A stretch of DNA of 64,000 bases from Epiperipatus broadwayi. Lineage: Eukaryota > Animalia > Onychophora. The stretch spans positions 19,344,001 through 19,408,000 of the forward strand of contig JAQFVV010000005.1 in the NCBI GenBank assembly GCA_028023455.1, written 5' to 3'. Both the position numbers and the translations under genes were made by a program. Under the pieces are notes generated by a model that was given only the letters and a program-made list of their open reading frames with translations, did no database searches and was not told the origin of the DNA. Below, in pieces: positions 38,859 through 48,030 of the stretch. Every line of letters begins with the position of its first letter. The stretch's first letter is position 1.

Positions 38859-39300
38859 GTATACGAGCACAGACTTTCACATGATCCACCACTCTCCACA
38901 CTATCTCATAACACTGATACACTCGAACACACATATATTGAAAAGATAAATAATCACCAATATACGTATTTCATGCTAAACCAGCAATCATCACTTGGTC
39001 CAGATTACCATCTTTACACATATAAGCTATAAGTGCTCAGATATATATTAAGATAGCCAAACCATCTGAGCACTTATAGCTTATATGTGTAAAGATGGTA
39101 ATCTGGACCAACTGATGATTGCTGGTTTAGCATGAAATACGTATATTGGTGATTATTTATCTTTTCAACATATATGTGTTCAAGTGTATCAGTGTTATGA
39201 GATAGTGTAGAGTGGTGGGTCATGTGAAAATCTGTGCTCATATACCCTATACATTACATATATAGACACAGGTATCTAATAAGCCTGTGTGTTTCAGTTA
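38859..39300. mobile_element. Family 1 retrozyme-like element, tail-to-tail inverted copy with 13-bp TSD
   Basis: Arms 38859-39041 and 39063-39246 are reverse complements with a 21-nt spacer. TTTCATTGGTAAG is duplicated at 38846-38858 and 39301-39313. Homologous to 30876-31403. Confidence 0.85.
39095..39165 (+). ncRNA. Type I minimal hammerhead ribozyme (family 1)
   Basis: TAATC tgg ACCAA-CTGATGA(39112-39118)-T TGCT ggttt AGCA T-GAAA(39134-39137)-TACGTAT-A-TTGGT GATTA. Stem III is the palindrome ATACGTAT; the 10.1/11.1 pair is T-T rather than G-C. Confidence 0.7.
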
Positions 39301-40177
39301 TTTCATTGGTAAGTTAAAACTGAAGTTAAAATACAATGAAGTAATTAAACAAAATTCTTAAGGGATTTTTTTTTTTTGGAAAGGGGGGGGGGTTTGCCAC
39401 AGAAAAAGATAACCGTTGAATAATGAGAATAATGCACCAGCAAGTTCTATAAATAGACATATTTATGGTTCACAAAAAGATTGGCATAGCCAAGACAAAA
39501 CATTATATTTTAACTTCAGCTTTAACTTACCAATGAAAGCAATCAAAATCATTTTAAATCTATACATTCACTTTTGCTTTTTTTAAAAACTAATAACATT
39601 TATTATTGTTTGATTTTTATATTTCTTTTTTCTTCTTCTTGAGATTGGAATGGTCATATTCATTCACAAGTGACCGTTGATCACAGTTGATACTGAAGAA
39701 GCTTGCATTTTTTTTTTTTTAAATACAAAAACCTAGCTACTTATTAATAAATGGATTCCATTAATCTTTTTTTTTCTTTACATGAAAAATAATTTGGAAA
39801 TTACGAAATTATAACAAAAATAAATACAATAGTTTAGACAATTTCGGATACTATAAATTTTCATTCTAATAAGTCCATTATTTATGCTGACATCTAGGGG
39901 TTGAAAAATAGTATAACATTACATTTCACAGTAAAAAAGAATCACCATGTCTTATGAATATCTACACTCAATAAATTATATCTTGAATTTACAATTTCTG
40001 ACCAACAAAAATTCAAATTCTGCTGTAATGAAAAAAAAATAAACAGACGGAACACTATAATTAGACTTAATGATTTATAGATACTTTTTGTTTTTAATTT
40101 TTGTTTATTAATGTGCATATAAACTAATTTATTTATTTAAATAAATCATTTTTATATAGCGCGATGTTTGTAAACTG

Positions 40178-40399
40178 TAATATTTAAAACAGCATTACGC
40201 TGTTGCACATGCACTTTGAAGATTTTAACTATAAATGAATGAATACTAACACTCAACCACATGATAAAGTCTTTGGAAAAGATAGAATGGCCTATCTTTT
40301 CCAAAGACTTTATCATGTGGTTGAGTGTTAGTATTCATTCATTTATAGTTAAAATCTTCAAAGTGCATGTGCAACAGCATAATGCTGTTTTAAATATTA
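40178..40399. repeat. Near-perfect palindrome, 108-bp arms, 6-nt spacer
   Basis: 40178-40285 vs 40292-40399; I saw one mismatch (acg/atg, a CpG transition). Spacer AATGGC. Confidence 0.95.
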
Positions 40400-40831
40400 T
40401 AATTTATTTATTGTAAAACAATTTGGAATCACTGAATGACAAAACAGATGCATTGAAAGGTAAAAAAATAAATGCTAATCCTGATTACATAATATATGAG
40501 AGGTATCACCCTGCACAGAAGACTAATGTAGATTCCTTTCTTTTCTTTATTCATATAATTTATTCATTTTTATATGGTCAATTTATCAGCAAATCAAGTG
40601 ATGACATACCAGCTCTAAAATAGAAAGTAGAGCCTAAAAGCTTCATTCAATTGCTATTTGAGGAGTCCCAACTTTTCCCAATAAGAATTTGATACAAAAT
40701 TTTTTGCTTATAATGCAGCATTTTATCACTAGTACTGCTCCACTCAATTACATAATAAAAAATTAGGAATTTCCATATATGAAAAAATTAGATTTTTAAA
40801 CTAAATTAAGGAGATATTGTTTAATCATTAC

Positions 40832-41149
40832 CTTTCTGTGGGTATCTCTGGAGAAGTAGCTGTAAGGCATGTACTTGAGATGGCATTTGTCTCCCGTTTT
40901 GTGATTCAAAATTTCCATCTCACCAGTCTGATCAATCCAAAGCTTTCCAACAATGATATTCTGAACTGTTGTTGCTACCTTTCGCCATGTATAATGATTA
41001 CCACTTCTAATAAATTCTAAATGGGCTATACCGAGAGGGATAATTTGTAAATACTTTCCACGAAATTTACTTGACATAGTAAACTCCTGCCAACAAACCC
41101 ATTCACGACCTTCTACATACTGCGACGCCATTGGAGGATGATGACTAAC
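40832..41149 (-). CDS. OSBP: OSBP coding exon (completes the EQVSHHPP signature)
   Basis: VSHHPPMASQYVEGREWVCWQEF...IIVGKLWIDQTGEMEILNHKTGDKCHLKYMPYSYFSRDTHRK (106 codons). Poly-T/ccag acceptor, gtaatg donor, phase 0/0. Confidence 0.97.
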
Positions 41150-41366
41150 CTGGAAAAAAAAAAAACTAATAAAATATTCAGAAAAAGTCATAAAGAATTA
41201 AGAAAATAAAAATTCTCTGATTGAATAATAAGTATATAAGCTATTCCAAAAGTTTTGCAAACACATTTTTCAGCAATTTCAAAATTCTTTAATCATATTA
41301 TTTCTATGGCCAACATTCGCCATAGATAAATACTCTTCATGTAATAAAGATATATATGAGAGCTGG

Positions 41367-41421
41367 TGACCTGGGCCAACTGATGAATGCTGGTTCAGCA
41401 CGAAATACATATTGGGGGTCA
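41367..41421 (+). ncRNA. Type I minimal hammerhead ribozyme (family 2, unit 1)
   Basis: TGACC tggg CCAA-CTGATGA(41380-41386)-A TGCT ggttc AGCA C-GAAA(41402-41405)-TACATA-TTGG g GGTCA. All core nucleotides are present, with an A-C mismatch at 10.1/11.1. Predicted cut after 41411. Confidence 0.8.
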
Positions 41422-41767
41422 TTTGTCTTTTATTGTATCTTTATATAAAGAATAAAAAAAAAAAACAGGATGTATGGAGATTACTAAAATAATCGATAAG
41501 ATAATACGCATACAAGAAGGAAGATGAAAAGCCATGTATGTGGGTAAAAAATCAAATATAATAATCTTTAACTTGGATTAAAGTTTATATCTGTGCTAGA
41601 GAAAAACTCTAGTTTAATAAATGATTAATGATAAAGATAGTTAGATTTATCAAAAATGTACTAAGTCGAGGTTGTGAATGGAGCAAGTTTGGCGGTCGGA
41701 AATAAAGATGTGACAATTCCCTATAGATAAATACTCTTCATGTAATAAAGATATATATGAGAGCTGG

Positions 41768-41822
41768 TGACCTGGGAAAAGTGATGAGTGGTGATTCAGC
41801 ACGAAATGCGTCTTGGGGATCA
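41768..41822 (+). ncRNA. Hammerhead ribozyme copy (family 2, unit 2; C3>G)
   Basis: GTGATGA-GTGGT gattc AGCAC-GAAA-TGCGTC-TTGG. Retains G10.1-C11.1 and the GUC site (cut after 41812), but C3 and stems I/II are mutated. Confidence 0.65.
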
Positions 41823-42561
41823 TTTGTCTTTTATTGTATCTTTATTTACATAAGGAAATAAAAAAGAAAGAGGAAATATAGAAATTATTAAAATAATCGA
41901 TAAGATAATAGCATACAAGAAGGAAGGTGAAAAGCCATGTATGCGTGCATATAAAAAATCAGATATAATAATCTTTAACTTGGATTAAAGTTTATATCTG
42001 TGCTAGAGAAAAAGAAAGTATGGAGATTATTAAAACAATTGATATTCAACAATGACATTAAAAATATCTTTCACATTCCAATTAAAAATAAACAATGGTA
42101 AATTCTTGTATACGCAGTATTAATAAAATAGATATAATTTTAAATGATATCCACAAATGATTAAAAGACAGCATTTAAAAAAAAAGTATTATTTCTGTAT
42201 CCAAGTTTAAGAGTCTTAATTAACAAATTATCAGAAAATAAATAAGTAAATAACTAAAAAATTTTATTATTAAAAATAGTCTCCCTGGATCTGTAACATT
42301 TGTTTCCAAGCTTGGGTGTTGATACCAAAATTTGTTAATAGTTATAAATTGCATTATATATTTTACCACATATATACTTCTGTAACAATATAATGAGAAA
42401 GTACCGATTTCCTAATATTAAAAAACCACATTCTTTTGTTATTCTATTTCTTATCAACGATTTAAAGCAGATAGCAAATGAGCATGATACCAAATATGTC
42501 ATTATTAAACTATACTTTCGAAAATTCAATAAATTAGGTAATAAAAGCCAGGACAAGTTAC

Positions 42562-42807
42562 CTGCTCTGCTACGGCTCTCCAGCCATAATCATCTCGTCG
42601 ATCACATTCATATGTTTCCCCTAAGAGTGGATTAAATGGCTTTCCTGTCCTGTTGGTTGTAGTAGCATAAGAAGATACTGTGAATGCAGCTACCCATGCC
42701 ATTTGTTCACAACTATCTTCAACCATCGCTCCTCTATCTAAAATATCAGAATACTCAAAGTCTTCTGTTAACCGCTGAAGCATCGAAAGAGGTTCATTAA
42801 AATTAAC
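42562..42807 (-). CDS. OSBP: OSBP, first coding exon visible in the window (ORD domain start)
   Basis: Translates to VNFNEPLSMLQRLTEDFEYS...TGKPFNPLLGETYECDRRDDYGWRAVAEQ (82 codons). Acceptor cag at 42808-42810, donor gtaact, phase 0/0. Contains the KPFNPLLGETY motif of OSBP-family ORD domains. Confidence 0.97.
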
Positions 42808-42959
42808 CTGTAAAACAAAATAAAATATTTATCTACACATATTATTTATAAATTTATTTTATTTTTTGAATTAACACATTATAAAATCATTAGTAAATAT
42901 TATCAAGCTGATGTAGAATCATAGCAATAATATAAACAGCATGCCTATATCTATTTGGC

Positions 42960-43610
42960 TTTTTGGACTTCTCAAAAACAAACAAACACATACTTACTGT
43001 AATGATGATGGAGTTTACCCAATTCTTTTTTTACCATCAACTTTTTCAAGCATTATATAGTTTTCTAAATAATATTGTATGGCTAAAATAGAATAGGTTC
43101 AACATGATCACTTAGACTTCATAACAAATTCGAATCTATTCTGATAAGCATCCATTTGTTCATTTTATTTATTCTTCACAAAAGTCTTCAATTGCAATCA
43201 CAGTTCAAATTTCTCCATGCTTTGCCATTCTTTTTTAGTATCCAAAATTTCACATCCAGATAAATAAAAGAAATATGCAGTTTTAATTTCCATTTCAAGT
43301 CAGAGGTAACCCAATTCTATGTCTTCATTATCAATTGTGAAGTTTTTCACTGATTCATGTTATTGTAATATTTTACCTTCTTTGCATGTTTATCTATAAT
43401 TTTCATTTTGGTTATTTAATCTTCTTAATGGGTCCTGAGGTCTTCTAATACTTTCAGCTGTAAGTGTGATGTTATCAGCATACTTAAAAATTGTTTCTTT
43501 TAAAATCCTGAATCCACATTTGTCTTTGTCCAATCTAGCTTCCCTCAATATATGTTCGATGCAAAAGTTAATAGTTGTAGGCTAACAAAATGCAGCCCAT
43601 CTATTTTTTT
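42960..43610 (-). mobile_element. RTE-BovB-like LINE RT/C-terminal fragment
   Basis: NFCIEHILREARLDKDKCGFRI...KYADNITLTAES (YADD motif) and downstream IMLEKVDGKKRIG. Confidence 0.8.
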
Positions 43611-43910
43611 GATAATGTGCATCCAGTCTGTTTCTTCATAGGCTACTTTAACATTATGTTGAATTTGACATTATTATTCGGTATTATATTACTATTAAAC
43701 AAAATTTCAAATATCTACACATACATATTAACATCATTAGCCACTATTATTCCATTATCAGACAAAAAATTCCAAAGCACACACAAACATATATATATAT
43801 ATATATTAACATTTATTATACATGAACATTTACTCCTAGACGTTAACAGCTTTAATGATAATATCCCATTATCAGACACAAGATTTTGGATATATGATCA
43901 TACACTAGCA

Positions 43911-44358
43911 CAGGGGTGGGAAAATAGCGGCCCGAGCTGCCAAGACAATCAGAAAAATCTGCCTTGAACTGAGATTTCCTTCCCATGCGTGACTGAAGAT
44001 TCGTCTCATATTTTCCATTAGAATGGCCACATAAATACACATGCGCAGTGCAGATACGATATGCAGTGTTTTTCCAGTTGATCTGGTTAATTTCAATTTT
44101 GTCTTTGCATTAGCAAATATATACATTTCCAACTTTAGTGAAACCATGACCCCTCTGAAAAAATGTAAAATCGGTGATGAATGTCATGTGTTTAATGAAG
44201 AATGGACAAACAAATATTTCTTTGGTAATACAGGAAATAAAGCAGTGTGTTTATTGTGTCACAAAAAAAAAGTGCGGCCCTCCGCTAACCTTCGCTTCCA
44301 CAAAGTGGCCCTCCGCCAACCTCTGCGGCCCCCGAGCCAAAACAATTGCCCACCCCTG
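43911..44358 (+). mobile_element. 448-bp non-autonomous hAT (Buster/SPIN/Charlie-like) element with perfect 8-bp TSD
   Basis: TIRs CAGGGGTGGG.AA and TTGCCCACCCCTG; CACTAGCA at 43903-43910 and 44359-44366; retains transposase start MTPLKKCKIGDECHVFNEEWTNKYFFGNTGNKAVCLLCHKK. Confidence 0.93.
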
Positions 44359-47300
44359 CACTAGCATATCGATTTTTTTTTACTGGACACATCTTAAAAA
44401 GAACAATCTTATTATTAAAATAATAGTGAGTATTATAAAAAATAAAAGTTGCATTCTGGAAACAAACCACAAAATATATTTGATAATTTTACACACAAAG
44501 AATAATGCTGCATACACAGTAGTTACATGTTCATGTACAATAAATTAGATTAAAATTGGTTTGTATAATATAATTATTTTTATTTTGATAATTTTTAAAT
44601 TACAATATTTCTAGTTTTTCAGATTAATACACCATCCAGAGTTAGAAAGAGTTGTACTTTTTGGTTTTAAAGAAGAGTGTCACTTTATGTTCAGTCTCAA
44701 AAACTTTTAATATTAAGTATTCATACACAAGCAAATCATCACAGAAACTTTAGTAAAACCAATTCACAAAAACAATAATTGTGATCAACAATATCTACAT
44801 GAATATAAGAGTATGTGACAATGTAAATGAAGAAATTATCACGGAGAAAGAGTGCATTTGCACATTCAATCCATTACCTTCACTTTAGTTTATGCATATA
44901 AAGTCCACTTCATCTAAGAACTATATGGTGATAATTAATATCATCATATAAAGCATTATCAGTTATTCATGTAGTGTAAAAGCAGTAAAAGTACATATAT
45001 ATATATCATGTTCAACATTGAAGCAATTTTCCATCTAAATGGTTCAATCAATAAGCATAATACTTCATATTAGCTAATAAAAATTCACAAAAGTATCATT
45101 GGAAGGCTGTACCTACTAATGCCCAAGAATTATTATATGGGTTGTTACATTGAAGCATAAAATAATTAGACCAAATTTCTCCCCAAAATGTGTCATCAGT
45201 AAATCAAGATATTTTAGTGGAATGCGATTAAGAATTCAGAGAGATGTGCAATTTCAGATAATAGACTTCCACCTTACTTTGCAATGATTATTTAAATATT
45301 TTAACAAAATATTTCCAGAAAAATGAATCCCAGACTTGACTCATTTGGATTATTTCTTATGAATACACCTTAAATCAGTTATTTACAGCTTTAATAACCA
45401 ATCTTGCTATGCTTAGAAATGTGCAACAGACTTGTATCATTTATTTATACAGTATTTAGAAAGAAATTTGAATATCTACTGTAATTTCTGATTAAATAAT
45501 ATTTCATAACTTCACCTCTTTCTGTACAGAATTTTAGTCTCCATTATAAACTGTGTATGGAACCAGAATTTTGATTCGTTCTGAGTAGAACAAAAAAAAA
45601 AGGGGGGGGGGCTACATGAAGAATAGCTCTACAACATAAAGAATAGCTCTACAAAGCATGCGGGGAAATGTTAAAATTAAACAAACCAATACATATTGAA
45701 GCAAAAAAATAAAAAAATGATGAAAAAAGCAAGACAGGCAAAGTGAATAATTATACAAATAGAAAAAATTAACAGCATAATGACTATAGTAAGAGGAAAT
45801 GAGACAAATCACACAAAACTATTTTTATTTTTCTGTCAATAAAGTTACAAAAGTTGTAAATTTTGTAATATATTTTGTTATTATTGCACACCTTAAGTCA
45901 ATTTAAGAATAATAATCCGTTTTTCTATATGACGATAATGTATTTGATTTTGCGATCATATGATACTTAATGTAATTCTTGCCACTATTTATAACCATTT
46001 CCATGTGATGATGAGATAACAAATGTAATTTTTATTATATGTCAATAAAGTTTAATCTTTCAATAATGAAATCAACAGCAAAATGAGTTCTCTATTTCAA
46101 CAATATTTAATGAAAACCTTTGAAAAGGTAACAAATTGTTAAGAAAAATTGTTTTCTTTTCAATGATTTAAAATAGAAAGCAGTTTTCCCAAAGTAACTT
46201 TGGCAATAAAGAAAATGTAATAACTCTAAGAAAGCCCTTTTATGGGGGTGGGGAAACAAACAAACTCAGAAATATTAGTAAATAGTAAAGCTTTCAAAAG
46301 AATTTGAGAACTAGGATGAGAAGTAGTTCGAATTAGCATACAACTTGCATTTAATGAAATAGTGGTTCCATTCCAGGTGCCATAATTTAAGTTTGGATAA
46401 AGCTATCTGACAGTTTCAGGTAATTTGCAGTTTCTGGTATGAGGCATTGATTTTTACTATAATTATCAATGACCATCTTTTATTCTAATCTTATGATTTA
46501 AGTTAATGGTTTGAAATATTTCAAATATCTAATGTGTTGAACAAAAGCTATCTTTCTTAATTAATGTTAATTTTTGTTATTAATTGTAATATCCTGATGT
46601 CATTTAGAGATAATCTCTGCATCACATAGTAATGATTAAGTGACAGATTTAGCTTTTTTTTTTTTTTTTTTAAAAAGTGTTTATTTGAAAAAATTTTCTT
46701 TTAATGTAATTTTATAATCAGCAATTTCTAAGAATTTTGTTAACAAAAAAAAAAGGAAAAATATAAAATCTAAATAAAATTTCAGTCATTACTATAATAA
46801 AGAAAACACAGACTATTTAGTATCCAATATGAAACTTTGTCATATTTAACCTCAAGATTTCATTTTCCTACTTGATATTCATTGAATGTTAATTATATTT
46901 TATTTTATAGTAATTTATTTCATTTAAATAATTTATCCGAGAAGATGGAAAATAGACATATGGAATATCAAGCTCTTCATCAGGTTTTCAGCAATTTTTT
47001 TACTGCTGAAATATTTTAAAGAGAAACCTAATTCAATGAAAATTCAGAATTAATGCAATTAAAAATAATAATAAAAAAGAAACATTCTTATTTTAAAAAA
47101 ATTTCAATATTATGACTGCATTTAAGCATCTTCTATTTATTACCTTATTATTTAATTAAAATATAAAATTTTATATAATAGACAAATTCTTAATCGGGAA
47201 ACATAATACAAATTTAATGATATTAATTAAAACTTCTATCTATCCAGAAATGATAAAACACATTTAATAATAGTATTTCGTCTTTCACACTTTGAAATGA

Positions 47301-47788
47301 AGTAAATGAATCTGCTCAATATAAATAAGATTCAAGTCTATTCTGCATTATAGTGAATGATTGGAGGAGGGGGTGGGGGACTTGAAACAACTAATGAACG
47401 GACTTTCCTGAACCTACTTGTGGACCTTATATTATTATAGTTAATAATTTGGCTATTATATAACTTCTTATATATTAGTTAATAAGTTAATAGAGGATGC
47501 TCAAATGAATTCATTCATAATATTTGAAGACAGCAACACTAAACCTTTTGAGTTCAGCATACCATTCAAAAAATATCAAAATTTCTCCATATCACTAACT
47601 TTATAAAAAAAATTGGCAACAAAATAAAAAAATAGGTAAATAAAACATATTTTAGTTTTTTGATAACCAAAACATAATTACGATAATAAAAATTAAATAT
47701 TTAATTTATTTAGAAACAAAGTATCTATTATTATTTCCAAAATTATTACATAAAAAATTAATGAAAATATTATCAAAAAACCTATTAA

Positions 47789-48030
47789 TTATAAGTAACG
47801 AGAACCTTGAACTTGTTTTGCAAAACAAAATTTTTTAATATCGGACATTATGTTATTTAGTTTTAAGCTTAAATTAGGCTTGAGCATTAATCTTATTATA
47901 CATTTGTTTTTTAAATATAACATTGCTGAAAATCTCTTTTTGCATAAATAGCTAGTGTAAAATGGCACTAAAAATTTAACAGCTTTATTTGCAATTTCTT
48001 TAAAATCATTCTCTGAAACCAACAATTTAC
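47789..48030 (-). mobile_element. hAT transposase C-terminal dimerization-domain fragment
   Basis: EIANKAVKFLVPFYTSYLCKKRFSAMLYLKNK..RL matches the hAT C-terminal A...L.PF.TTYLCE..FS....K.K.R.RL motif. Confidence 0.8.

Larger units (their letters stand above)
38770..39614. mobile_element. Fold-back/MITE host element interrupted by the 38859-39300 insertion
   Basis: Left arm atcaaacaataataaa...gtgaatgtatagatttaaaatgattttgattgctttcattggtaag|ttaaaactgaagttaaaata; its reverse complement lies at ~39506-39614. Confidence 0.8.
41322..42045 (+). mobile_element. Tandem 401-bp hammerhead-containing repeat (retrozyme-like), family 2
   Basis: atagataaatactcttcatgtaataaagatatatatgagagctggtgacctggg starts at 41322 and 41723. 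About 1.7 units, one hammerhead core per unit, no ORF. Confidence 0.85.

Noticed and set aside
40817-42635. Plus-strand track ORFs 40817-41020 and 42393-42635
   Set aside because: Antisense shadows of OSBP exons; no independent protein features.
46954-46987. Minus-strand CCTGATGAAGAGC...ATATGTC hammerhead-like motif
   Set aside because: The GAAA half of the core and the stem II partner are absent, and stem I does not pair.
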